DNA of 63,913 nucleotides, filler included, from Thraustochytrium aureum (Eukaryota): the NCBI GenBank assembly GCA_012862495.1. It is 5 parts of 3 records of this genome, joined end to end, with 100 filler letters (N's around TTAATTAATTAA, not from the genome) between each part and the next. Parts side by side here need not be neighbours in the genome. Positions count along the whole stretch, not along the records: positions 21,527 to 39,757 come from BLSG01000354.1; positions 39,858 to 47,408 come from BLSG01000357.1; positions 47,509 to 59,569 come from BLSG01000360.1; 2 more parts are not named here. One strand, 5' to 3'. How positions within the stretch are numbered: the stretch's first letter is position 1; each line of letters opens with the position of its first letter. Under the pieces are notes generated by a model. That model ran no database searches. It was not told the DNA's origin and saw nothing but the letters and a program-made list of their open reading frames with translations. Below, one piece after another: positions 35,836-48,220 of the stretch. The position numbers and the translations under genes were made by a program.

Positions 35836-38800
35836 TTAGTGCAGCAGGGTGATTTTGACGCTGTCGTGGATGCCCTGGAAGAGCATGTCGCCCTGGTACT
35901 TTACTCGCTTGCGCTTCTTGGCGCGCATGAGCAGTCCGACGAGCATGTCCGAGATGCTCTCGTACTGCTCGAAGAGGGCGCCGAAGGTGATGGTGGCGAC
36001 CCCGCCTTCGGCACGGTCGAGCGTGCCTTTTTCTTTGATGACCTGGCAGAGCTTTTCGATCCCGTCCTCGACGCCCTTGGAGAATTCGCCAGCGCGCTGC
36101 TTGCTGAGCGTCTGCTTGCGGTTCACGTTGTCAGNNNNNNNNNNNNNNNNNNNNNNNNNNNNNNNNNNNNNNNNNNNNNNNNNNNNNNNNNNNNNNNNNN
36201 NNNNNNNNNNNNNNNNNNNNNNNNNNNNNNNNNNNNNNNNNNNNNNNNNNNNNNNNNNNNNNNNNNNNNNNNNNNNNNCTTGCTGAGCGTCTGCCTGCGG
36301 TTCACGTTGTCAGAGTAGTCCGCCGCCAAAGTCGAAGGCCGGCGCGTTCTTCTCGTCAAAGTCGTCCATCTCCACGCCGTTCTTCTTGACGCTGTCCATC
36401 ATGCCGCGCACATCCTTAGCCAGGAGTTTTTTGCTTCTCGGTCATCTCGCCCTTCTTGGGCCGGCCGCGCGACTTGCCGTTGGCCTTGCTGGCCGCCACG
36501 CTCTTGCGCTGCGGGCTCGCTGAGCTGGCGCGTTCAGAAGCAGCGGGCGGCGAAGGCGAACGCGTGCGCGCGGGAGCTTGGTCGGGCTCCTCGGCAGCAG
36601 CGGCCGCGGCGACGCCGCCCAGGAGGTTCTTCACAGAGTTGAAAAACCCGCCCCCAACGTTGCGGATGGAGCGCGCCTTGGATTTGCGGCTGGCAGACCT
36701 GTCGGCGGGCGCCGGCGCGGGCGGCGCGGCCGAGAAGGGCTTTGCGGTTGGCGCTCCATTTTCGCCGTCGTCGGCAAGACCGCCGCCGCTGCGCTGCATC
36801 ATTGCGAGAACGTGGGGGGAGGGCCGCCGGCGCCAGGGAAGCCGGCGGGTCCGCCAGGGCCCTTGCCTCCTGCCGTTGGGCTGCCCGGCCCGTTGGCAAA
36901 GAGCGCATTGAGCTTGGACGTGTCGATCTTCTTGGCGACGGCAGGCTTTTTGCCCTTCTTGGGGCGAGTCTTTGCGGCGGCGGCAGAGGCAGCGTTGTTG
37001 TCGGCGTTTGAGCGGTAGGCATGATTGCGCGCCTCGGTGCGCGTGAGCTCGCCGCGGTCCTCCTTTTCCGTGAGCGCAAAGAGCTTGGAGCGGAAGGTAT
37101 CCATCCAGTTCTTTTTGAACCGTCGCGGTCGTTGTGGAACTCGGGCGGGAGGCAAGCGTACACGGCGCGCAGCTCGACGATGTCGAGGCCCTGTGGCACG
37201 TAGCGCGAGTTGAGGTCGGCAATGTGAACCTTGGCGATGGTGTCTATATCCATGTAGAGGAACTGGAGGATCTTTGTTCCCATGACGCGCTTGGCCGCCG
37301 CAGGGGACAGCCCGCGGCCGCGCAGGAACGCTTCGGAGAGCCCCGTGACGACCTCCTTCGGCACGATCTTGCGCATCTCCTCCAGCGCGGCCTGGTTCTT
37401 GGGCGCTTGCGCGGCCTCCCAGTCCTTCCACTTGTTCTGCTCGCGCAACTTGTAGTCCTTGTGGTTGCGAATGATCTTGTCCCACTGGTCGAACTCGGCC
37501 TGGGCGTCCAGAGCCTCGTTGACGTCCTCGCTCATGAGGCGCGGCACGACGGCCTTCATCTTGGTTTCGGCATCCTCCAAGGTGCCGTCCCAATCCAGCC
37601 CGTCGAGGTCCACGTTGAGCGCGCTCTGCAGCGCAGCGAGTTTGGCGTTCAGAGCTTTGATCTCCGCCTCGTACTCCTTGAGCGCGGCGGGGTGCTGGCT
37701 CATGCGCCGCTTGACCTTTATGTTTTCGAGCTGCTGCTGCGTCGTGTCGTGCTCGGCCTTGAGGGCCTCCTCCTTTTCGATATTCTGCGCGCGCATTTGC
37801 TGCATTTGCGCCATGAGCTGGGCCTCGAGCTTCTTTTCCTGCTCGATGGCCCCTTCGAAGCGCTTCTCGGCGTCTTCGGCTTTGCGGCGCCACTCCTCGG
37901 CGAAGCGGCGCACCTTGTCCAGCTCCTCCTCGCGTTTGCGTTGGTCGTCTTCGAGCTGGCGCACGTGCTCGCGCTCTTGCTCGAGGAGCTTTCGCGCCAT
38001 GCCGACGCGCGCAACCTCGTCGCCTTCTTCGTTCCACTTTTTCTCTTCCTCCTCCCAGTCCAGCTCTGTCATCTTCTTGTTGCGTTTGAAGAACGACTTG
38101 CGCTTGGTCTTTTCGAGCGTCTTCTTGCGCTGCGATTTGAGGTAGGCCTCCTTGCGGCGCTCGTAGTCGGCCTGGATCTCCTTGGGCTCGCGCACGGGGC
38201 CGTCGATGAAGCGGGGGGTGTCAAAGTACTCTTCCTCCTCGATGATCTTGCGGATCGTGACCTTGATCGTGTGCATCCAGAGCGTCCGGTCCTCCTCGTC
38301 GACGGCGGCAAACATGTGCTTGCTCTCCAAGTCGCTCAGCATGAAAACAAACTCGAGCTCCTTCTTTGCCTTGACCGCTTCGTCGGTGGCGACGCTGTCC
38401 GTGTCGTCGTCCACAATATCGCCCACGCCGCCCTTGCCGGGCGAGGCGGCTTGCTGGCCGCTGGCCGTGGTTACGAAGAACTCTGGCGTCAGGATTACGG
38501 TCTCGCGCGCGATCTTGTCGCCTTTGTTCTTGAACAGGAGGATGGCGCGCGGGTAGAGCACGACCCACCTCTTCTTCCACGGCGACCCGAGGCGTCGGGC
38601 GCGGCCGCGCTTGTAGAGGAAAGCAGACAAGATGGGTTTCTCGCCGCGCCCCTCAATCTTGGTTGCGAGGTCCTCCTCGGCGGCGGCGCCTTCCTTGGCG
38701 GGCCTCAGGGCGCCCAGGATCTCCTTGAACAGGCCTTTCTCGCGCTTTTTCGCGGTCTTGGATTGGTGCATGGTGTTGAGAGAGTGCTCCACGTTGGCGA

Positions 38801-38966
38801 GGAGGGCATCGTAGACCTCGCGTTTCAGCTTGCCTTCGTCGACCAAGACGGCAGCCTCGTCGAGCTGCTTCATCTGGCTGTACATTTCGTCCATACCCAT
38901 CCGCTTGAGCATGTCTGCTACGTGCGGGTTCATCGTGTGGTAGCGTTGTGGTCTCGCGCCGCTCAT
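35836..38966 (-). CDS. PH domain + coiled-coil + Pro/Gly-rich linker + C-terminal Costars (ABRACL-like) domain; several frameshifts
   Basis: PH: SAFLYKRG...WKKRWVVL...FAAVDEEDRTLWMHTI; coiled coil; Costars: ITFGALFEQYESISDMLVGLLMRAKKRKRVKYQGDMLFQGIHDSVKITLL*; frame joins inferred near 37120, 36815, 36428 and 36325. Confidence 0.7.
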
Positions 38967-39857
38967 GGTACGCTGGCAGGCCCGTGCGAGCTGTGCGGCC
39001 CTTGCGGGCTAGGCGCCCAGCGGTGCAAGCGCGCGCGACTGTTGCTTCCGCGGCTCTCCGTGCTGGGGCTGGGGGCCCGTGGAGGGGGGGAGGGGGTGGA
39101 AGGGGGAGGGTGCTGGTCAGCGCGAGACTGGAGCGTCCACGAGCCCTGACAAGCCCTGCGCTGCTGCGCGAACGCCCTCCCTCGGGCGGCGCCGCTCGCG
39201 TGCCGGCCCAGCGCCCGCCTCCTGCCTTTCTCTGGCCGTTCCGCGACTGGCCTCGCCCTCTTGCAGCGGCGTCAGCGCGCTCGCTAGCTCGCTGCGCCTC
39301 TGCACGCACTGACGCACGTACACACGTTTGAAAGGCGGCTGGCCTTTTGCGCAAGCGGCCAGCAACTCGCGCTGCCGCAGCTGCTGCTCCCGGCAAACAA
39401 GCCCCCTGGCGCCCCTGCTGCTGCTCGGGCAGCTCGGGCAGCTCGGCGCTGCTGCTCTGCTGCGTGCTGGCCTGCAGTGTTGACTGCTGCTGGGCGGTTC
39501 GCTCGCTTGGCAATTGCGGCTGCTGCTACACGCGCGACAGCCAGCTTCTCTCTGCCCTTCAATCCAGCATCATCTTTCGCGGAGCCCACCCAGGGCGACA
39601 AAACTGACGCAAGCGTGGGCCGCCGGTGTGAGGCGCGGCAAGGGTTTCGCCCGTTCTTGAAGGTCGGCCTCGCTCGCCCACCAACCGGGGAATAATATAG
39701 GCCTACCGCTGCACAAACGCACTCAGGCTACTACTAGGCTAGTACGAGCAGATCAGTNNNNNNNNNNNNNNNNNNNNNNNNNNNNNNNNNNNNNNNNNNN
39801 NTTAATTAATTAANNNNNNNNNNNNNNNNNNNNNNNNNNNNNNNNNNNNNNNNNNNN

Positions 39858-41077
39858 TACTTCGCCACGTTGAGACGAACTGATGGGCTCTCGTCTTGCA
39901 GCGACGAACAGAGGATGGAGGCGACAGATTCGGCACCTAGTGCGGCTTTGCCGGCCTTCATGACGCTTATGGCTAAGAGCGCACTGGACGCCGCGCACCT
40001 GAGAGCTTCGTTCGGGCGCTCGAGCATCCCGGCAAGGATGGGAACCAGTCCAGCCTCAATGACGCGCGCCTTGCCGGGCCCTCGAGCGCCAAGGTTTCGA
40101 GCGATGCTGGCCACTTGGTCGGACAAGTACGTGAGCTGATGCGACAAAACCAAAAGAAAGCCAAGGTAGAGAGAGCGAGCGTTGGGGGAGGGTTTGCGAC
40201 GTGTTTCGTGAGAAGTTAGTCACTCAATCAAGCTCAAAACAGCAACTCGCAAGCCCCAGCATCCCTCGACAAAGCGACCAAGCGGTGAACTGTTCCAACG
40301 TTTCCAATGAAGCGTGGACTCGCCCACGCTCTGGCCAAGTTCGAGGCTGCATGGACCAAACAAGCTGCCAATCGGGCAGCACTGCATCTAACTTACCGTG
40401 GCTAGCTCAACGAGCTTGTCCTCGCCGTGCGCGTCGAGGCAAAGCTCAACACCTCGCTCTTGGCGCGTGATGTACTCGAGCGCATCCATGACTTGAATGT
40501 TGACAGAGGCGGATTGGTCGGGGTCTGGAACGCTTCGCACCAAGTTGCTCACGAGTTTCGGTGTCTCACACAATGCCTCAGAGCCATCGCTGTTGGAGAC
40601 AAAGGTCGAAACGGCCCACGATGCTGCTTCTCGCACTGAAACAACGGAGTCGTTGAGAAGGTGAACGAGAGCTGGTAGGCACGAGCTGGGTGAGCTTGGC
40701 CGTTTGCGCGCGGAACGAAGGCTCAACAACGATCCAAGCACACGTGCAGCGCGCTCCTTAATTTCTTCAGACAGGCTGGTCAGCAGACGCGTGCACGCCT
40801 CGATTGCGCCCTGCTCTACGGCCTCGCTCTTGCGCTCCAGGCTCCTTGTCGCGTCACGGAGCAGGCCGAGCGCCTCGATTCGTTTAGCGTCGCACAGCTC
40901 GTCGTTCTCAAGAAGACAAACTAGCTTTGGAATGCACCTGCGGCCAAACGCCAACGTGACCTCGTCGCGCTGGACTTCCTTGGCGAAAGGAGCTACGTTC
41001 TTCGGGTCCTGCGGGTAGTACGGAAGGCGGTCCTCGAGTCTGTCAGACACGCGGTGGTGCGTGCGCGTGTCCTGCAT
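39858..41077 (-). CDS. RSPH14: Radial spoke head protein 14 / RTDR1-like ARM protein; intron 40136-40396; 3' end in gap
   Basis: LAFGRRCIPKLV..L motif followed by ARM repeats; donor ACG|GTAAGT and acceptor CATCAG|CTC splice in frame. Confidence 0.7.
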
Positions 41078-41661
41078 GGTCGCTCTCGTGTGAACAGCTC
41101 TCCCTCGAGCCGCAGTCCTGACTTAGCCCGTGGCCAATCTACGCGGTTCTCTGTGCCTTTCGCGCTTGTCGCTTGTCGCTTGCCCCGCGCCCTGCACCAG
41201 CTGCTGCTGTTCGGGTGCTGCTGCGACTCGGGCGTTGTGCAACGGATCAATCCGAACTGATCCAAACCGATCGTCGATCGAATGTTCATGAAATTGTGAA
41301 CTTGTGAACTTCTATCTTGTTCATCAATGTCGGCGTCGTGGATTCTGGGGNNNNNNNNNNNNNNNNNNNNNNNNNNNNNNNNNNNNNNNNNNNNNNNNNN
41401 NNNNNNNNNNNNNNNNNNNNNNNNNNNNNNNNNNNNNNNNNNNNNNNNNNNTGACACGGAGCGCCGACCGGTAAGTACCTACGGGTCCCGCGAAGAATGC
41501 TTGGCCTTGCTGTTTCAACTTCAAAAGAAACAAAGGAAAAAAAAACACAAGTGTCATTGGTGCGCTGCGCTGCCGGATGGCGAGCTCGGGGTCATGGTCA
41601 TCATGATGTCCTTTCATGCCATCTGCTGGTTCGATGTATAGTACCTCACAGAGACTATCCG

Positions 41662-43180
41662 CTAGCTTGTCGCAGCGGCCCCAGCCGCCCCCGCTGCGTT
41701 CGAACCCGAGGCAAGCGAAGCGCCCTCCAGCTCGGCCGCCTCGGCCAGCAAGTTCAAAAACCGCCGAACAGGCACTCGCGGCTCACGGACAAAGCGCGCA
41801 TAAGCCTGGAACGGCAGCTTGCGCAGCGCTCGCCCACTAAGACCCTTCGCTGCGACGGCGCACTCTTTTAGGAGGTCCTCTGCCTCGCGCGACCACAAGC
41901 TCTCCTCCGGTGGACCTTGGTCAACGATACCGGCGCGGACGAGCTCATCCACACAGTCCCTGATGATCATGGCGCGAACTGGGGCTTCGGGCAACCCAAT
42001 GTACTGGCGGATGTCGGCGCGGTCCACGAACGCGACGTCGATGGCGTCAGTGATGTTGCTCGTTGTCAGGATGATCACATTCTTTCGAGACTTGAGCCGG
42101 TCAATTTGCGTTAGCAGCGCATTGACAACGCGGATAGAGTCCGAGGGCTCGCTCCCAGCCACGGCGGCACTGCGGGCTGCTGCCAACGACTCCACCTCGT
42201 CGATGAGGATGCAGAGCAGCGTGGACTCCTCTTCAGCCAGCTCGTGGATGTAGGAGAAAAGCTTGGACACGAGCTTGCCGCTCTCTGAAAACCACTTGGA
42301 AAAGAGCGAGTGCGAGTTGATTTCCAGCAGCTGCGTCTCACGAAACGACGACCCTGCGATTGCAGCACCGCGTGCGAGTGTGTAGGGCACAAGGCGCGTT
42401 GGGGGCCAGAAAGTGCACGCGTCAGCTTGGCGTGCTCGCCCCACTCGGCGTGCGCCCTGATGCGAAGTTACTTACCGAGGCGGATGCTGAGCTTGTGGGC
42501 GAGAGCCTGGCAGAGCGAGGTCTTGCCTGTACCTGGCGGCCCATGCAAGAGGACGACGTGGTTCCACGATATCACGTTCGGGTTGACGTTCCTGGCCGAG
42601 AAAAGCAGCGAGGTTGCCGCGAATTCCAGGAGGTGGTCTTTGATCCCATGGTCAAATAGCAGGCTCTCCCAGAGGCCCTCGAATTGGGTCGAGGGGAGCT
42701 CCCAGTGAGTAAACACCGTCGACGTTGGGTCGTCTTCGGTGGTTTCGTCGTACGACTCTGCGGCGCGCCATGCGATCCCCGCCTGGTCAGAGTCACCCAT
42801 TCTGCCGTTCCAGACTTGCCAGCAGCAAGAAAAGCCATTACGCGCTCAGGTCCTGACTTACCCTCCTCATTTACCTTGTACACGTGAACGACAAGCTCGG
42901 CTTGCCAACCTGCGAACGGTTGTTCGGCGTCGACACGGATGTACGCAACGTGCTCCGCAAGCGCTGCGTCGCTCTGCACAGCGTGCTTCCCGGGGCGCAC
43001 GACTTGTCCGTGGTGGAGCGCAAACCAGTCAAGCACCATCTCGCGCACGTCCTCCGCAGGGACAGCGCTCTCGCGCTTTTGCCGTGCTTCTATGTGCACG
43101 ACGAGCTTGGTGTTTGTGGTGGAGACGTCCCGAGTCCCGCGCGGCGTGGCGGCCTCCATCTCGCGGTCGTCCTCCGCCAT
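41662..43180 (-). CDS. PCH2: Pachytene checkpoint 2 / TRIP13 AAA+ ATPase; introns 42758-42861 and 42354-42475
   Basis: [106 protein letters not shown]; both GTAAGT..CAG introns restore the frame. Confidence 0.95.
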
Positions 43181-43679
43181 CGCCCTGGTGCAGGCTGGAG
43201 NNNNNNNNNNNNNNNNNNNNNNNNNNNNNNNNNNNNNNNNNNNNNNNNNNNNNNNNNNNNNNNNNNNNNNNNNNNNNNNNNNNNNNNNNNNNNNNNNNNN
43301 NNNNNNNNNNNNNNNNNNNNNNNNNNNNNNNNNNNNNNNNNNNNNNNNNNNNNNNNNNNNNNNNNNNNNNNNNNNNNNNNNNNNNNNNNNNNNNNNNNNN
43401 NNNNNNNNNNNNNNNNNNNNNNNNNNNNNNNNNNNNNNNNNNNNNNNNNNNNNNNNNNNNNNNNNNNNNNNNNNNNNNNNNNNNNNNNNNNNNNNNNNNN
43501 NNNNNNNNNNNNNNNNNNNNNNNNNNNNNNNNCGCGTGAGCAGACGTCGCCCGAGGCGCACCACAGCGTGTGTGGTTGCGCGCAGCCTCTCCTCTGTGCG
43601 CCGCGCTCCCTCGCTCTGCTGTCGCTCCTGTGGGGCGCGCTCTCTCTCTCTGCTGCTGCTGCTGCGAGGACCCTCGCTG

Positions 43680-43897
43680 CTCTGTTCTGCTCTGCTCTGA
43701 TTGTTGATTGACTGCGTGCTCGCGTCTTCCTTCATTCTTCTGTTCTGTCCTGTTCTGTTCGTTGTTCGTAGTGAATAGTTCCTCTGTTCTTTCGTGCTTC
43801 TTCGCTCCTTTTGTTCTTTCACAGGCGATTCTTCTTTCCTTCTTTTCGCTCGTTGTGTTCTTTTGGTCTCTGTCAATGCTCTTTTGTTCCTTTGCAG
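43680..43897 (+). repeat. Pyrimidine-rich (TTCTGTTC/TTTGTTC) tract upstream of PFKFB
   Basis: Strongly T/C-skewed run ending in cctttgcAG. Confidence 0.7.
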
Positions 43898-44116
43898 TTG
43901 TGGGCGTCCAGGCCCTGTCCGCACCTGCCAGTGAGCGAGCGAGTGCGTGCACCATACTCGGAGGTGCTGGACGGTCAGGCAGGCGGCGCGGTGCGGGCAG
44001 CCGTCGACCTCGCACGTCTAAGAGCGTGCTGGCTTTTGCCCCGGGAGCAAAACCTCTCCTGCCGGGCGTAGCCTACGACGAGGCAGGAGCCGCGGCGCTC
44101 GCCAGAGAAGGAGGGG

Positions 44117-45722
44117 ATGGCGGAGCCGGCCCTGCCCAACAGCGCCGAGCGCACGCCGTCGCTCGTCGGGTTCGACCACGTCGCCGCGAACGGGGTGGAC
44201 AACCCCGAGCCGCAGCAGGACTCGCCGTCCGTCAACCTCTCGCTTGGCAACAGCCTCGCCGGGGCGATCGGAGATAGGTACGTGATCGCGCTGGTCGGGC
44301 TACCCGCAACCGGCAAGACCTACATCGCGCGGCGGATTTGCCAGTACCTCCAGTTCTTCCATGGGTCGACCACCCAGGTCTTCAACGTGGGCAACTACCG
44401 AAGGCGCAAGGTGGGCGCAAAGTCGCCGCACTCCTTCTTCGATCCTGACAACCCCAGCAACGTCGCACTTCGAAACGAGTGCGCACAAGAAGCCATGGAT
44501 GACCTCAAGGCCTGGCTCGAGAGCGGCGACGACCGCGGCCGCGTCGCCATCTACGACGCCACCAACACGACGCGCGAGCGGCGCGAGTGGATTATTGCGC
44601 AGTTGGAAGGCACCATCGAGTCAAAGCGAAAGATCATATTTGTAGAGAGCGTGGTCAACGAGAAGGCCCTCATCAGCGCCAACATCCGCGAGACCAAACT
44701 CACCATGCCCGACTACGAGGGCGAGGACGAGCAGCACGCGGTCAGCGACTTTGAGCAGCGCATTGCCCACTACCGCAAGGTGTACGAGCCCCTCTCTGTC
44801 GAGGCCGACTGCGACCTGACGTACATCAAGATGGTCGATGGTGGCCGCCACATCTCGATGAACAACATCTCGGGGTTCCTACCAGGCCGCATCGTCCAGT
44901 TCCTCATGAACCTGCACACGTCTGTGCGCCCCATCTACCTCACGCGCCACGGACAGTCCAACTACAACAAGCTCGCCAAAATCGGAGGCGACTCCGCGCT
45001 GAGCGAGAGCGGCGAGGCGTACGCCGAGGAGTTGGCGAAATTCGTTCATCGCGAGATCCTGCACCTCAACGAGGACGGCAGCTTCCCGGACCCGAACAAC
45101 CGGGTTGCCCCACATGCACGACTGTACACGAGTTCGCTGCAGCGAACAAAGCTGACAGCGCGGCACATTACGCACGCCAAGTGCGACGACGGCTGGATCA
45201 TCATGCGCCCTCGGGTCTGCCCAGCGCTCGTAAGTTTTCCTTTGTTGTGTGGCGCATGCGCGATGGGAGGCCTCGCTTGAAGCTTGCCTGCCTGCCGGTG
45301 CTAACGCCCGGTTCGGCTCGCTCCGATCCGTACAGGACGAGATCTACGCAGGATCCTTCGATGGCCTTACTTATGAACAGATCAAGGAGCGCGCGCCGGA
45401 GGAGTTCGCCGCGCGCAAAACCAACAAGCTCACCTACCGGTACCCGCGCGGCGAGTCGTACTTGGACGTGATCCAGCGCCTCGACCCAATCATCCACGAG
45501 ATCGAGCGCCACCACGACCCAGTCGTCATTGTCGGCCACCAGGGCATTCTTCGGATTATCTATTCTTACTTTGTGGGCGAGTCGCGCGAGGACGCCCCGT
45601 TCGTCTCCATACCGCTAAACCACGTCATCAAGCTTGAGCCTCACACATATTCCTGCACGGTGACGCGACTCAACCTTGCGCGCGACCGGAAGGAAAGCGC
45701 TGACGAGCCGCCGAGCCATTGA
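44117..45722 (+). CDS. PFKFB: 6-phosphofructo-2-kinase/fructose-2,6-bisphosphatase; intron 45230-45335
   Basis: LVGLPATGKTY, FNVGNYRR, YDATNTTRERR, IYLTRHGQS, L|DEIYAG, YRYPRGESYLD; intron GTAAGT...GCTAAC...TACAG. Confidence 0.95.
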
Positions 45723-45939
45723 CGCTTGCAGCAGCTCAAGAGTAGAGTTGCGCTGTTGCACGCGCCGTCGCGTGGCGTTGCCTCGCTGCACCACGAGCGA
45801 GAAACAAGCCAGCCGGTACTCTACCAATCAACAAAACGGTGCGCTATAAAGTGGCAGATCCTACTTTCTCCTCTCCCCGCTTGCCAGTACGCCGACGCTT
45901 CGGGGGCTGCTATGAGGTGCGCTTCGTGGCAAGACGCCA

Positions 45940-47407
45940 TCACTGGTCTTTGCCCTTGCGCTTGCGCTTTCTCTTGCCCTTCTTGGCGCCACCGTCGTCA
46001 TTCGAATCGCGGGTTTGCTGCTCTTCCGCAGGTATCGCTGGGCCCCTAGCGCTGGTGTCTCCTGCTGCCTTGTCTGCGCCCAGCTCGCTCGTCGGCTCGT
46101 CGTTGGCGTCGCTCTTCACCTTGCGCTTGCGTTTGCGTTTCTTTTTCTCGGCATCAGCTCCGTCGGCGCCCGCTTCCTGGGCTTGTTGTGCATGCTGGAC
46201 GGCGTCGACGCTCAACACCCCGTCGGCCTTCGCGGCAACCGCGGCCACGCCAATCGCCTGCGGCTTTTTCGACTTGTCTTCGTGAGAGTACCCGCTCGTT
46301 TGGCCAGCTGCTCCTTGAGAGCTTGTCGAAACCGCCTCCGGTGCTTGGTTGAGGCGTGCCACTCTTCGTCGCGGTAAGTGGCCATGCGCTTCACCGAGAC
46401 AAAGCTCTGCAAGAGCTTGTTGTCCGCAGCAAGGATCTCCTCCGTGGACAGCCCGTACGAGTTGGGCTCGACCTTGCGATAACGAAAGCGTGTCTTCAGC
46501 CCGTCCGCGATGATATCTTCATAGTCGAGCTTGTACAGCTCCTCCTCAAACGGGTCAGCTTTTCGCCTGCCTTGGTCTTCTCTCTTATATTCGCCCTCGC
46601 CCTCCTCGTCGTCGTCGTCGTCTTCGTCGACAACCAGAACACCGCCCCTTTTCCGCTTCTTCTTGCGGCTCTTTTTCGTCCCGCTCGAGTCTTCGACTGC
46701 GTCAGCCGGCGCGGCGGCCGAATCGGCCCCAGGCGCTTCGGCACCGCCTTGCGAGTCCGCCTGGTCCACATAGTCGGCCTCGTCCTTGCCAAGTTCGTCA
46801 ACGTCAAAGCCCTCGTCGTCCTCGTTGTAGTAGTCGTCGTTAAAGGTGGCGGCCATTTTCTTGTCCCACTCGTCCGGATCAAAGTCTTCGTCGAGGTCTT
46901 CGGGCTTGAAGGCGAGCGCACCCTTCTTGATTCCGGCTACCTCCAAGGACCGCTCGAGGCGGCTCTCGAGCTCCTTGCGCTTGAGGTTTTTCAGGCGCCG
47001 CAGCTCCTCCTGCGCGCGCTGCTTCTCCTCCTGCTTGCGCCGCTTCTTTTCATCGCGCTGACGCTTGCGGGAGTTTTCCTTGCGCCGCAAGACAGTTGGG
47101 TCGTGCCGCGGGTGCTGTGCGATCGTGTCTGCCCCAGGCTCTTCGAAGCGAAAGTTGTACTTTGCCTCGTAACGGTCTGCCTCTTCGACAGCCTCGAGGT
47201 CGTCCTCGTCCTGCTCGTCGTCAAAGCCCGCCCCGGTCCGATCGCGGTCGACCCAGCCCTCGTTGAGCACAAACTTGCGCAAAAACTCTTCGTTTTTGTC
47301 TTTGGCAGGCTCGCTGAAGAGGCTCTCGAGCAGCGACACGTCCTCCTTTTTCGCTGACGATCGAATGCTCTTGTCCTTGCTGGACAAGCTTGAGAGGTAT
47401 CTCTTGA
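45940..47407 (-). CDS. KRI1: KRI1 40S ribosome biogenesis factor; frameshift near 46290; 5' end in gap
   Basis: FLRKFVLNEGW, YE.KYNFRFEEP, EELRRLKNLK, DFDPDEWDKKM, LYKLDYEDII, RFRYR.V.PNSYGLSTEEIL.AD. Confidence 0.93.
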
Positions 47408-48220
47408 ANNNNNNNNNNNNNNNNNNNNNNNNNNNNNNNNNNNNNNNNNNNNTTAATTAATTAANNNNNNNNNNNNNNNNNNNNNNNNNNNNNNNNNNNN
47501 NNNNNNNNTTGGAAAGCGCGCGAGCGCTCTCCGGCACGGGCGGGCATCCCTGCGCTCTTCCTGGCTCTCCGGCCTGCATTTTTTAAGCGCGAGCGCGTTG
47601 GCTTTAGGCTTTTGGCTCGCGGCTGCTCGGCTGCTCGGGTGCTTGCTTGCTTGGCTGTGCACATGTTCCCACCTACTGGCTACTTCGAGTACAACCTCGC
47701 CCCCCTGGACATGGTTGGTCCCGCTGCGAGCTCACCTATCTTTACCGGTGTCCTTCCGCCACTTTTCTTCGCGCAGTGGGAGGTGAGCCTCGCTGATGGG
47801 CGGCCCAGACACCAACCACATGGAGTACATCAAGTGCACGGGAAGCTTAGGATGGCCGCGGTGCCTGGGATGGCCGCGATTGGCCGATCGGTCCGAGCTT
47901 TCGTTCGTGGTTGTCGATGTCGACTGATGCTGGCCAATTTTGCTACAGCTGGCCCGGCCAGGCCGCCAGCCGCCTTTTGTTTCAAAATTGTCGATGGCCT
48001 TGGCCGAGTGCGGCCGCAAAGGTTGGTGGCCAGGGCATTGTTGAGTGCTGAGCGGCTCCTGCGCCTTGTCAAGCAAATAGAGCGCGCAAGCTCTGTTTTT
48101 TTAAAGAATCCTCTGCCCGAAAGGGCCTTTCGCAGACGTTCTGCGCGGTGAAAGTAGCTACTGGCCGGGTCCTTCCAGGGCGTCGTTTTTTTCGCGGTTG
48201 GCCAGTGCCGCTTCGTGGGT

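Noticed and set aside
36100..36313. 35-bp direct repeat on both sides of gap 36135-36278
   Set aside because: Probably overlapping contig ends (one mismatch, possibly heterozygosity or error) rather than a true duplication
37134..39149. Long antisense or alternative-frame ORFs (also 7702-9105, 3223-4596, 16066-17379)
   Set aside because: Shadow ORFs produced by high GC3 codon bias of the real gene on the opposite strand
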